Source: Chiloscyllium plagiosum
Taxonomy: Eukaryota
Direction: 5' to 3'
Length of the DNA stretch: 64,000 nt
Assembly (NCBI RefSeq): GCF_004010195.1
Contig: NC_057728.1
Span: 41,644,844-41,708,843, forward strand
Position numbers and translations under genes: made by a program. The notes beneath the pieces were generated by a model. That model was not told the DNA's origin. It made no database searches and worked only from the letters and a program-made list of their open reading frames with translations. Position 1 is the stretch's first letter. Each line of letters starts with the position of its first letter. Below, piece after piece: positions 51,937 through 64,000 of the stretch.

Positions 51937-52570
51937 TTATGGACTTTCTTTGCTCATTTTTGCATCGTCTGGGAATGCCATATTGGCACTTATATCCAAT
52001 GATATCTTCATTGAAAGCATCAATTCAGCATTCTAAATGGACACTGGACCTCTCTGGATGATGCCTTGAGTTATACAGCAAGTGTGAGTTACAAAAACAC
52101 TCAACATATGAGCAAGATACCATTTGATATCATAATACTGTAATATATTTTGCATTCAAATATACATTTAATGCTGAAATGCAAATATTAAATATGTATG
52201 CATATATATTTTAAAAGATATATACTGACACTATGCAAATTTTTGTCTAAAGTAATAAATCCAATGAATCGTGCACAACAGAAATCATCAGTTAATATCA
52301 GTAACCATAGTTAGTCATACGTAGAAGAAAACAAACCCAAGTATTATCATTTACTTGAGCCAACAGGACAGAAATTCTACTTTATGATACTGAAGGGACA
52401 TTCTCACAGCTGCAATTCAGAAGATTACTATTTTGTATATCCCATAGGCTAGTACTCCACCTTTAAAATCAGATATCCTCTGATATGCCATGCTTAAAGC
52501 CATGGGGAATCTGGGAAAAATACGTAAATAAAAAAAAACAGAAATTTTGCACAGACACCTACATTTTGTA

Positions 52571-52800
52571 CAGATCATTCTGCTGTAACACATTCTGCTT
52601 TAAGTGCAAATTGGCTATAATGTGATTGACGAATTGTGGATGTGGTTTGGATAATGCAAACTTACTATTGAACGGGTATAGTCATTTTCTATTTGTGATC
52701 TTCTACAGAGCAATTTTCTACAGCGGTTTTCCATAGTGCGATTTTCTATAGCACAAGATTGCAACGGAATACAATTGTCGGATGGTAGCAGAGCAACTTG
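52571..52800. mobile_element. Tc1/mariner-type MITE flanked by TA
   Basis: TA|cagatcattctgct ... agcagagcaacttg|TA, with internal attttcta repeats. Confidence 0.5.
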
Positions 52801-53109
52801 TACAACAAACTTCCTGAGATAACAACAACTTGCATTTATATAGTACCTTTACTGGAAGAGGCTGCATCAGAACATAACACAAAATATAGCACCAAGCAGC
52901 GTAAGGAAATAAAAATCAAAAGAACTGCAGATGCTGGAAATCAGAAACAAAAACAAATTGCTGGAACAGCTCAGCAGGTCAGGCAGTATCTATGCAGCAA
53001 AATCAGACTTAACGCTTTGGGTACAGTGACCATTCCTCAGAACCAAAACAAAAGTAGATATCTGGTCAGGTGACCAAACGATTAGTCAACAGGTAGTATT
53101 TTTTTTAAT

Positions 53110-55565
53110 TTGGAAACTGAAAAACAAATTTCTATGGAGATTTCAGTTAAATATAGGAATAATAGGGTAGGGGATTTTAACTTTCCAAACATAGACTGGG
53201 ACTACCATTGTATTAAAGGTTTAGATGGAGAGGAATTTGTTAAGTATGCAGAAGAAAATTTTCTGATTCAGTATGTGGACGTACCTACTAGAGAAGATGC
53301 AAAACTGGTCCTACTCTTCAGAAATAAGGCAGGGCAGGTGTCAGTGGGGAAGCACTTTGGGGCCAGCGACCATAATTCTATTAGTTTTAAAATACTACTG
53401 AAGAAGGATAAAACAGATCTACAGGTTGAAGTTCTAAATTGGAGGAAGTTAATTTTGATGGTACGAGGCATGAACTTACAAAAGCTGATTGGGGGCAGAT
53501 GTTCATAGGGTAAAGGGATGGCTGGAAAATGGAGAGCCTTTAGAAATGAGTTAAGAGTTCAGAGACAGTACATTCCTGTTAGGGTGAAAGGAAAGGCTGG
53601 TAAGGTGTCGGGAATGCTGGATGACTAAAGAAATTGAGGTTTTGGTTCAGAAAAAGAAGGAAGGTATATTGTCTATATGTCAGGTATAGACAGGAGAGAG
53701 ATCAAGTGAATCCTTAGAAGAGTATAAAGGCAGCAGGAGTATACTTAAGAGGGAAATCAGGAGAGCAAAAAGGGTACATGCGATAGCTTTGGCAAATGGA
53801 GTTAAGCTGAATCCAAAGGAATTTTATAAATTCAGAGTAACTACGGAGAGAATAGGGCCCCTGAAAGATCAGCAAGGCAGCCTGTGTGTGGAGCCACGGG
53901 AGATACTAAACGAGTATTTTGCATCAGTATTAAATGTGGAGAAGGATATGGAAGATATAGATTGTAGGGAAATAGATGGTGACATCTGAAAAAAATCCAT
54001 ATTAGAGGAAAAAGTGCTAATGTCTTGAAACACAAAGAAGTGGCTAAATCCCCAGGACCTGATCAGGTGTATCCTAGAACTCTGTGGGAAGCTAGGGAAG
54101 TGATTGCTAGGCCCATTGCTGAGATATTTGTATCATTGATAGTTGCGGGTGAGGTGCCGGAAGACTGGAGGTTGGCTAACGTGGTGCCACAATTTAAGAA
54201 ATATGGTAAGGAAAAGCCAGGGAACTTTAGACCAGTGAGCCTGACGTTGGTGATGGGCAAGTTGTTGGAGAGAATCCTGAGGGAGAAGATGCACATGTAT
54301 TTGGAAAGGCATGGACTGATTATGGACAGTTAGCATAGCTTTGTGTGTAGGAAATCATGTCTTATGAACTAAATTGAGTTTTTTGAAGAAATAACAAAGA
54401 GGATTGATGAAGTCAGAGCAGCGGACATGATCTATATGGACTTCAGTAAGATGTTCAACAAGGTTGTTCATGGGAGACTGGTTAGCAAGGTTAGATCTCA
54501 TGGAATACAGAATTTGGATACAGAACTGGCTCCAAGGCAGAAGACAGAGTGTTGTGGAGGAGGGTCGTTTTTTCGACTGGAGGCCTGTGACCTGTGGAGT
54601 GCCACAAGGATCAGTGCTGGGTCACTACTTTTCATCATTTATATAAATGATTTGGATGTGAACATAGGAGATGTACTTAGTAAGATGACACCAAAATTGG
54701 AAGTGTAGTGGATAGTGAAGTAAGTTACCTCAGATTACAATGGGATCTTGATCAGATGGGCCAATGGGATAAGGAGTGGCAGATGGAGTTTAATTTAGAT
54801 AAATGTGAGGTATTACATCTTGGAAAGCAAATCTTAGCAGGACTTATAGAATTAATGGTAAGGTCCTGGGGAGTGTTGCTGAACAAAAAGATCTTGGAGT
54901 GGAGGTTCATAGCTCCTTGAAAGTCAAATCGCAGGTAAATAGGAGAGTGAAGGCGGCATTTGGAATGCTTTGCTTTATTGGTCAGAGCATTGAGTATAGC
55001 AGTTGGAAGGTCATATTGCGGCTGTACAGGACATTGGTTAGGCCATTTTTGGAATACTGCATGCAATTCTGGTCTCCTTCCTATTAGGAACACGTTATAA
55101 ATCTTTTCTGAACCCTTTCAGGTTTCACAAGGACGTTGTTAGGGTTGGAGAATTTGAGCTATTGGGAGAGGTTGAATAGGCTGGGGCTGTTTTCCCTGGA
55201 GCGTCAGAGGCTGAGGGGTGACCTTGTAGAGGTTTATAAAACCGTGAGGGTAAATAGACAAACTCTTTTCCTTGGGGTGGGGAAGTCCAGAATGAGACAG
55301 CATACGTTTAGGGTGAGAGGGGAAAGACCAAAAAAGAAATGTTTTCACAGAGGGTGGTGTGTGTATGAAATGAGCTTCCAGAGAAAGTGGAGGAGGCTGG
55401 GACAATACAGTATTTAAGAGGCAACTAGATGGGTTTATAAATAGGAAGGGTTTGGAGGGATATGGGCCAAGTGCTGGCAAATGGGACTAGATTAGATTAG
55501 GATATCTGGTCAGCGTGCACGAGTTGGACTAAAGGGTCTGTTTCCGTGCCTTACATCTCTCTAGG
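53110..55565 (+). mobile_element. Long HER1/CR1 copy (partial endonuclease, RT, 3' end), frameshifted
   Basis: [60 protein letters not shown]. Confidence 0.97.
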
Positions 55566-55949
55566 AGTCTAAGTTTGTTAAAGAAGGAAAGTGAGCTGGA
55601 GCTGCAGGTAAGTGCTGGAGGAAATTCCAAAGCTATGTGTCTAGGCCACTTAGGCACACTCTTCAGAAGTGAAAAGACAGTATGAATTCTCTGGTCTCCC
55701 CTCCACTTAGCCTTCTCCTTTTCTAAAAACCATCAACTCCAGTTCTTACATTCATATAGATATTGTGTCAGGGTGCAAGACCTATGCTGTCTTCAGTTTG
55801 AAACATTAAGAGCTAGGGTTAGGTGTAGTCAGGCCAGCAGCAATGCGTTCCAGACTAAGACTAAGCAACAACAGAAACAAACTTTTTCAATTACATTTAC
55901 ATGAGTGCACAATCAATGAGTCATGATGCTCACCTCTGCTCTGGAAAAA

Positions 55950-56280
55950 CACATCATCTCTCAAGGTCATGACTTCAAGCCCTTTTTGAGACAACAGCAT
56001 AATATCTAGGCTAAACTTTAGGCAATGCTACAATGTTGGAAATGTCACTTTTCATGAGATATTAAACTAGCTTGCTTCTCAATTGGGTGTTAAAGATCCC
56101 ATGGCACTACACAATGAACAAGAAAGGAGTTTGTCCCAATGTCCTCAACAACATTTATCCCTCACCCACAATTAATAAGAATAGCATTGTCATTTGAGAG
56201 TCGTTGAGTGTAAATCAATGGTCTTTTCTATATTACTTCAATGACAATCCTCTAAAAATATTTCATTAATTGTAGCGATT
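55950..56280 (+). mobile_element. SacSINE1-like DeuSINE
   Basis: taaagatcccatggcactac...acatttatccctca (Deu-domain-like). Confidence 0.6.
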
Positions 56281-58124
56281 TGGAAAAATCTGATGTCAAG
56301 ATAGTCACTACAAAACTGCAAATTCTTCCTTTTACTTGAGGTTGCGCTAATCATTAGCCAGTTTCTTGAACTGATGTGATTAATGTATGTGACTACACAC
56401 ACACACACATGCAGTGGTGTGAGGAAGGACTCCAAGATTTTGATTTAGTGATGGTGGAGGAATGGTGATATATTTCCAAGTGAGGATGGTGTGAGATTAG
56501 GAAGACATCAGTCTTGATTGCTGTTGAAGTTGCATTCATTCAGGCAAGTGAGCAGTAAACATTTCACCATACTCCTGACTTCTGCCTTGCAGATTGTAGA
56601 CAGGCTTTAGAAAAGCAGGCAGCGAGTTACAGAATTCCCAGCTTCTGATCACAGCATTTTTATGGCAGTTCCAGTTAAGAATTTAGTTTACGGTAACACT
56701 CACTTATATTGATAGTAAGAGATTCAGTGATGGTAATGGGAATGACAAGCAAGGTTGTTCTTGTTCTTTCTTCGAGTTGGAGATGGTCATTGGCATTATG
56801 TGGTACAAATGATACTGCGATGTTCCCTCTGGTTACATATCCTTCCAATATTCACTGCCTAGCCTCAATATGCAGAATAACTACAAGGAAAGATACTGAA
56901 GGACGTGTGACATTTGCAGAACTGGACTACTGTATGAGCTGCCAACTTTTAGGAGAAGCAAAGGAAACAAAATTATATTCTCCTTTGCCCAGTTAAGCCT
57001 GAAATCTGGATTATATTGGCTCTTTGTCCAAGGACAGCAAACAGACACAACATGGGAGACCAAATAGATACAACATGAAGTAACCAACTCAAATCTTAGC
57101 ACTTCGAATTCTTTCACTTAATAGTGCATAATATCCCATGAGTCTTTCCACAGCAGTTTAACACGCACCAACAGTTTTGCATTTAAATGTCAGCAAAGAA
57201 TCTCTGGCACTGTTTCCTGAAATATGTCTTAGGAGGTGCAGAAGACCTGCAGAGAGTAGAATATTCTCTTTTCCTATTCACTGCTGTTACGCAAATAATG
57301 GTGAATACAAAGGAGGTGAGTCAGCTCCTGGGTAAATATTAGTTTCAAAATCGATGCTCTCATTAACAGTGTAACCATTAATTGGCGTATGTGTGTGTGA
57401 TGTACAATCAACCTGAAACTATTTGAGTACAACTACCCACCCACCTCATACCAGAACACCCTGTAAAGAATATCATTCTACCCACACAAAAAAAACTTGG
57501 CTTTCCAGCAACGTTCCTAGAAGTTTTGTGGCTTTAGCTACCTGAGACATCTGAGGAGTATTTGTTGCTGCAAGTTTCGATTCGCAAATCACTGTACCAG
57601 CACAAAAGAACCAACATTGACCTATGCATCAGTTAACACCTCTGCAAACCCAAAATGGTAACTTGTTAAAAGACTAGGGACATTTCCAACTCAAATATTT
57701 TAAATATGGAATTAGTTTCTATTGCAATTTTTATTCATTCAGGGATTAATAGTTATTTTAAAATGATTTTCTCTCAGAGGTTTTGGATGTTCAGCAGCAC
57801 AAAATTGAGAAGCCAATGCTTGCATCAGTAACCAATATTATCCTTCAGTTCTGTATTGCTTTTATTACGGTTCCTCTGTACAATGTAGGAAACAAGATTC
57901 TCATCAATTTACGACACAGTAAGGAAGGAGGGGAGAAAATAGAGGCCATGTCATTACTTTCAACAGCTCAATAAATATTATTTTACCCACTTTAACATGT
58001 CTTACCACTTCTGGCCCCATTTGACTCATCCCTGCTGTGGGACCTTTCTGGGCAGGATTTCATGAAGGTGTTAGGGATCTTACATGCTGATTGCAGAGAC
58101 ACTCAGATTTCCACTGGCCAATCA

Positions 58125-60170
58125 ACCTGCACTCCAAGGTCTCTTTGTTCATCAACACTCCCTAGGACCTTACCATTAAGTGTATAAGTCCTGCTAAGAT
58201 TTGCTTTCCCAAAATGCAGCACCTCACATGTATCTGAATTAAATTCCAGCTGCCACTTCTCAGCCCATTGGCCCATCTGGTCAAGATCCTGTTGTAATCT
58301 GAGGTAATCCTCTTCGCTGTCCACTACACCTCCAATTTTGGTGTCATCTGCAAACTGACTAACTGTGCCTCTTGTGCTCACATCCAAATCATTTATGTAA
58401 ATGACAAAACGTAGAGGACCCAGCACCGATCCTTGTGGCACTCCACTGATCACTGGCCTCCAGTATGAAAATCAACCCTCCACCACCACCCTGTCTTCTA
58501 CCTTGAGCCAGTTCTATATCCAAATGGCTAGTTCTCCCTGTATTCCATGAGATCAAACCTTGCTAATCAGTCTCCCGTGGGGAACCTTGTGAAACACCTT
58601 ACTGAAGTCCATATAGATCACATCTACCACTCTGCCTTCATCAATCCTCTTTACTTCAAAAATCTCAATCAAGTTTGTGAGACATGATTTCCAACACACA
58701 AAGACATGTTGACTATCCCTGAACAGTCCTTGCCTTTCTAAATACATGTACTTCCCTCAGGACTCCCTCCAACAACTTGCCCACCACCGATGTCAGGCTC
58801 ACTGGTCTATAGTTCCTCGCTTGTCCTTACCACCCTTCTTAAAGAGTGGCATCACTTTAGCCAACCTCCAGTCTTCCAGCACCTCACCTATGACTATCGA
58901 TGATACAAATATCTGAGCAAGAGGCCCAGCAATCACTTCTCTAGCTTCCCAGAGTTCTAGGGTATACCTGATCAGGTCCTGGGGATTTATCCACCTTTAC
59001 CCATTTCTAGACATCCAGCACTTCCTCCTCTGTAATATGGACATTTTACAAGATATCACCATCTATTTCCCTACAGTCTATATCTTCCATATCCTTTTCC
59101 ACAGTAAATACTGATTCAAAATACTCATTTAGTATCTCCCCCATTTTCTGCACCACTTTAGCCAACCTCCAGTCTTCCAGCAAAGGCCGCCTTGCTGATC
59201 TTTGATGGCCCCTATTCTCTCCCTAGTTACCCTTTTGTCCTTAAATGTATTTGTAAAAACTCTGTGTATTCTCCTTAATTCTTTTTGCCAAAGCTATCTC
59301 ATGTCCCCTTTTTGCCCTTCCGATTTCCCTCTTAAGTATATCCAACTTCCTTTATACTCTTCTGATTCACTCTATCTATCCTGTCTATACCTGACATATG
59401 CTTCTTTCTTTTTTTTAAACCAAACCCTCAATTTCTTTAGTCATCCAGCATTCCCTATACCTACCAGCCTTTCCTTTCACCCTAACAGGAATATGCTTTC
59501 TCTGGATTCTCATTATCTCATTTTTGAAGGTTTCCCATTTTCCAGCCATCCCTTTACCTGTGAACATCTGCACCCAATCAGTTTTCAAAAGTTCTTGCCT
59601 AATACAGTCAAAATTGGCCTTTCTCCAATTTAGAACTTCAACTTTTAGATCTGGTCTATCCTTTTCCATCACTATTTTAAACCTAATAGAATTCTGATCG
59701 CTGGTCCCTAAGTGCTCCCCCGCTGACACCTCAGTCACCTGCCCTGCCTTATTTCCCCAAGAGTAGGTGCAAACCTTGTTCTGGATCAGTGGTGCTGGAA
59801 GAGCACAGCAATTCAGGCAGCATCCGAGGACAGGCAAAATCAAAACCTTGACCTACTCTAGCATGTACATCCACATACTGAATCAGAAAATTGTCTTGTA
59901 CACATTTAAATTCCTCTCCATCTAAACCCTTAACACTATGACAGTCCCAGTCTATATTTGGAAAGTGAAAATCCCCGACCATAACCACCTTATTATTTTT
60001 ACAGATAACTGAGATCTCCTTACAAATTTGTTTCTCAATTTCCCTCTGACTATTAGGGGGTATAAAATACAATCCCAATAAGGTTACCATCCCTTTCTTA
60101 TTTCTCAGTTCCACCCAAATAACATCCCTGAATGTATTTCCGGGAATATCCTCCTTCAGCACAGCTGTAA
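58125..60170 (-). mobile_element. Long HER1/CR1 copy (endonuclease plus RT, 3'-truncated) with a small Penelope fragment at about 59775-59845
   Basis: [31 protein letters not shown]...FADDTKIGG on the minus strand. Confidence 0.97.
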
Positions 60171-60866
60171 TGCTAGTCTACAAGAGGAGTGACCAAGGCA
60201 ATATTGGGAGGGATTTCATGGGGTTGGAGTCAGCATCAAGAGCAAGGGATGTGGTTCTCAATGCGAAACCATCCCAGTCACATTCCACACTCCCTTTGAA
60301 CGAGGGAAGTCTAACCATAGGCTTTCCCACCTTGACTGAATTCTGGTATAGAGGAATTCAGGCACTTCTCCACATCAGCAAATCAAATGTTCTTCCCAAC
60401 TCAGTAACATTGCTCAACTCAGTGTCTCCAATGTACTATCAGGTCTTTAAGGCATACATTCTTTTTTGATTTCTTTCTTTTTGTTTACTGAAATCATTTT
60501 TATATGGAATATATATTTTTAAATCTAAACATTAATGCTAAACTATTAATTATGGTTTTAAAAGAAAAAATGCAGCTAGTTTGAACATGTGAAAATCTCA
60601 TTTTCAGCAGATGGGTCTCCCACTAATGAATGCAGTCACAAATGTTACCCTACACAGTCTTGCTGGTTTATCTGGTAACCTTGGACGATGATTCTGCCAG
60701 ACTAATTACTTCCCATTCATATCTCCTAAAGACACATAATAATTCCATCCGTCTACCTGTTTAGGTCATAATGCTATCCCACATAATAAAAACTAAGTAG
60801 ACTTAAAATCAGTTCTGTGCTCTACCTATGTTTGCAATGGAACTTGTTGACTTGTGATAGAATGGA

Positions 60867-61187
60867 TGCCACGGTGGCTCAGTGTTTAGCACTGTTGCCT
60901 CACAGCATCAGGGTCCCAGGTTCGATTCCAATCTTGGGTGACTGTGTGGAGTTTGCGCATTCTCCCCGTGTCTGCGTGGGTTTCCTTCAGGTGCTCTGGT
61001 TTCCTCCCACAGTCCAAAGATGTGCAGGTCAGGAAAATTGGCTATGCTAAATTGCCCCATAGTGTTAGGTGCATTAGTCAGAGGGAAAGGGTTCTGGGTG
61101 GGTTACTCTTCGGAGGGCCGGTGTGTGGACTTGCTGGGCTGAAGGGCCTGTTTCCACACTGCAGGGAATCTAACCTAATCTAATCTA
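60867..61187 (+). mobile_element. HE1-type V-SINE
   Basis: ccacggtggctcagtg head, ggttcgattcc, V domain, (ctaat)n tail. Confidence 0.92.
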
Positions 61188-61779
61188 CTTTTATGACATG
61201 GCTTGATCGCTCAAATGAGGGAGCTTCTGCCAACCAGGTAAACCAGGACAATGCATAAAGCCTGACCTTGGGCAGGTTTCATTTGGAGCAGAGGAATAAA
61301 AGTAATGCGTGAAAGGGATACCACAGATATCTCCTTTTCCCCACTGCTCGCTATGGGCTTTAACTTTAAAAAAATATGAAGTGTTTCAAAGAGTTAGTTC
61401 CATTAATTAAATCTAAACAATTACCAACCAGAGTGGGAGCCATAATGTAGCTCTACAAGTCCATCCAGCCCAAAGTTATTGAGTGAAACTGGCAGTTAGG
61501 CTGCACCAAAACAATTGAAAGGTCACTTCACTGCAGAGGAATTAAGAGTACATTTACAGTTGGACAATTCAAGTGAATAATGACAAAGCCCCAAATACAG
61601 TAAGTAACAGTCTTCCAGCATTATAAGTGAGGAAATTGTACTCTCTCTCTATCTCTGCAGTCTGACATTGCAAAATCACTTTGTGCACACAAAGATAAGG
61701 AGATTTTGAAATGTGAAAAGTACACAATGAAAAGTATCAAGAGGAATAGATTTTCCTCACCAGAGCCCAATACATCCAT

Positions 61780-63960
61780 TCATCCATGGGCCTGTCACTT
61801 TGTGGGGTACATGAAGCATTCCTTGTTCTAGACCTACTTGGGTCCTTAGCCACAATATTTTGTCCAGCACATCGATGATATCATCTTCCCTCCCTCATCC
61901 AGAATTGGAGAAACTTATCAATTTTGCTTTAAAAATCCACTCTACTCTCACCTTCGCTTGATCGATCTCTGCTTCCTTCCTTCCCTCGACATCTGTCTCG
62001 ATGTCTGGGGATGAGCTGGCCACTAATATCCGCAAACCCATCAACTCCGACAGTTCGACGAGATTCCCCATGGGAGACTGATTAGCAAGCTTAGATCTCA
62101 TGGAATATAGGGAGAACTAGCCATTTGGATATAGAACGGGCTCAAAGGTAGAAGACAGAGGGTGGTGGTGGAGGGTTGTTTTTCAGACTGGAGGCCTGTG
62201 ACCAGTGGAGTGCCACAAGGATCTGTGCTAGACCCTCTACTTTTTGTCATTTACATAAATGATTTGGATGCGAGCACAAGAGGTAAAGTTAGTCAGTTTG
62301 CAGATGACACCAAAATTGGAGGTGTAGTGGACAGTGAAGAGGGTTACCTCAGATTACAACAGGATCTTGACCAGATGGGCCAATGGACTGAGAAGTGGCA
62401 GATGGAGTTTAATTCAGGTAAATGTGAGGTGCTGCATTTTGGGAAAGTAAATCTTAGCAGGACTTATACACTTAATGGTAAGGTCAGGGAGTGTTGATGA
62501 ACCAAGAGACCTTGGAGTGCAGGTTCATAGCTCCTTGAAAGTGGAGTCTCAGGTAGATAGGATAGTGAAGGCGGCATTTGGTATGCTTTTCTTTGTTGGT
62601 CAGAGTATTGAGTACAGGAGTTGGGAGGTCATGTTGAGGCTGTACAGGACATTGGTTAGGCCACTGTTGGAATATTGCGTGCAATTCTGNNNNNNNNNNN
62701 NNNNNNNNNNNNNNNNNNNNNNNNNNNNNNNNNNNNNNNNNNNNNNNNNNNNNNNNNNNNNNNNNNNNNNNNNNNNNNNNNNNNNNNNNNNNNNNNNNNN
62801 NNNNNNNNNNNNNNNNNNNNNNNNNNNNNNNNNNNNNNNNNNNNNNNNNNNNNNNGTGGTGGAGGCTGGTACAATTGCAACATTTAAGAGGCATTTGGAT
62901 AGGTATATGAATAGGAAGGGTTTGGAGGGATATGGGCCAGGTGCTGGCAGGTGGGACTAGATTGTGTTGGGATATCTGGTCGGCATGAACGGGTTGGACC
63001 GATGGGTCTGTTTCCATGCTGTACATCTCTATGACTCTAAGTCACCTTGACTATACATTCTCACACCCTGCTTCCTGTCAAGACTCTATTCCACTCTCTC
63101 AGTTTCTCCAACTCTATTCCAACAATTCCAATGATGCCAGCTTCTACAAGGGATCCTCCGAAATGTCCAATTTCTTTATCAACTGAGGATTCCCTAGCAT
63201 GTGGTTGACCAGGCTCAGCCGTGCCTGTCCCATCTCCTGCACTTCAGCCCTCTTCCCCCTTGCTTCCCTTCCACAACAGCAATAGGGTCCCCCAGTCCTC
63301 ATTAACCATCCACCGGCATCTACATCCAAAGGGTCATTAGCCGCCATTTTTGCCACCTCCAGCTGATGCCGCCACCAGATACATATTCCCCTCACCTCAC
63401 TTATCAGCCTTCCATTGGGACCATTCCCTCCGAGACACCTTGGACCACTCCTCCTTCATTCCCAACGCCACCCCACACCCCCATATGGCACCTTCCCTTG
63501 CAATCGCAGAAGGTATTACACCTGCCCATTTACTTCCTCCCACCTCAGTATCCAAGGCTGCAGACACCAGTTCCATAGACACAGTGATTTACCTGCACTT
63601 CACTCAATCCAGAATGCAAACTACCACTTGCTGCTCACAATGTGGTCTCCTCTACATTGGGGAAACGAAGTGCAGACTGGTGTCCATTTTGCATAACATA
63701 TTCTATCCATAAAAATAACTCTAAGCTTCCAGTTGCCTGCCACTTTAACACATCACCGTGCTCCCTGGCCAACATCTCTGTCTCTGGTTTGCTGCAGTGC
63801 TCCACTGAAGTTCAGTGCAAGCTGGAAGAATAGCACTTCATTTTCTATTTGGAGACCCTGCAGCCTTCAGAACTCAGTATCAAGTTCAACAATTTTAAAG
63901 CCTGGGCACCTTCTCCCATGTCCTTACCCTAACCCCTATACACCAGGCCTTAACATCACA
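61780..63960 (+). mobile_element. Decayed Penelope-like element (RT plus GIY-YIG) split by a CR1
   Basis: FVGYMKHSLF...HIDDI (RT), DYT.SHPASCQDSIP, CSQCGLLYIGETKCRL, PVACHFN (GIY-YIG). Confidence 0.85.
62062..63040 (+). mobile_element. Young HER1/CR1 3' portion (spans an N gap)
   Basis: [22 protein letters not shown]...FADDTKIGG; tail ctctatgactct. Confidence 0.96.
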
Positions 63961-64000
63961 TAGGCTGCTACTATAAAGAACCCATTGTCAGCCACTAATG

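Noticed and set aside
52685..52752. Short regularly spaced attttcta repeats that superficially resemble a CRISPR array
   Set aside because: Eukaryotic MITE internal repeats, far too short, with no spacers or cas genes.
57778..57974. Plus-strand open frame after a ttttctctcAG acceptor-like site
   Set aside because: No recognisable homology; compatible with chance.
34939..62855. Long ORFs crossing N runs (34939-34995, 43028-43117, 62690-62855)
   Set aside because: ORF length is inflated by assembly gaps inside repeats.

Overview
Repeat-dominated vertebrate DNA, almost certainly from a shark: HE1-type V-SINEs, HER1/CR1 LINEs, SacSINE1-like DeuSINEs and several Penelope-like families. There are three N gaps. 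I recognise no intact host protein-coding gene, so the window looks intergenic or intronic, and nearly all listed ORFs are transposon debris or chance. Fossil elements I can reconstruct: a POGK-like pogo transposon (about 11.2-14.1 kb) interrupted by an LTR-like insert, a hAT end and a SINE; a Gypsy-type LTR retroelement (23.5-27.1 kb, minus strand) in which gag and protease are followed by about 2 kb of decayed coiled-coil coding sequence instead of RT/integrase; a PIF/Harbinger relic (30.3-31.0 kb); and many CR1 and Penelope copies. Less expected observations: minimal hammerhead-ribozyme motifs in the fold-back Penelope insertions, a decayed cluster of four tRNA-like units inside a CR1 (44.2-44.65 kb), several local templated insertions or inversions, and CpG-retaining unique patches near a candidate non-coding exon. 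Family names come from motif recognition by eye, with no database search, and most boundaries are approximate.
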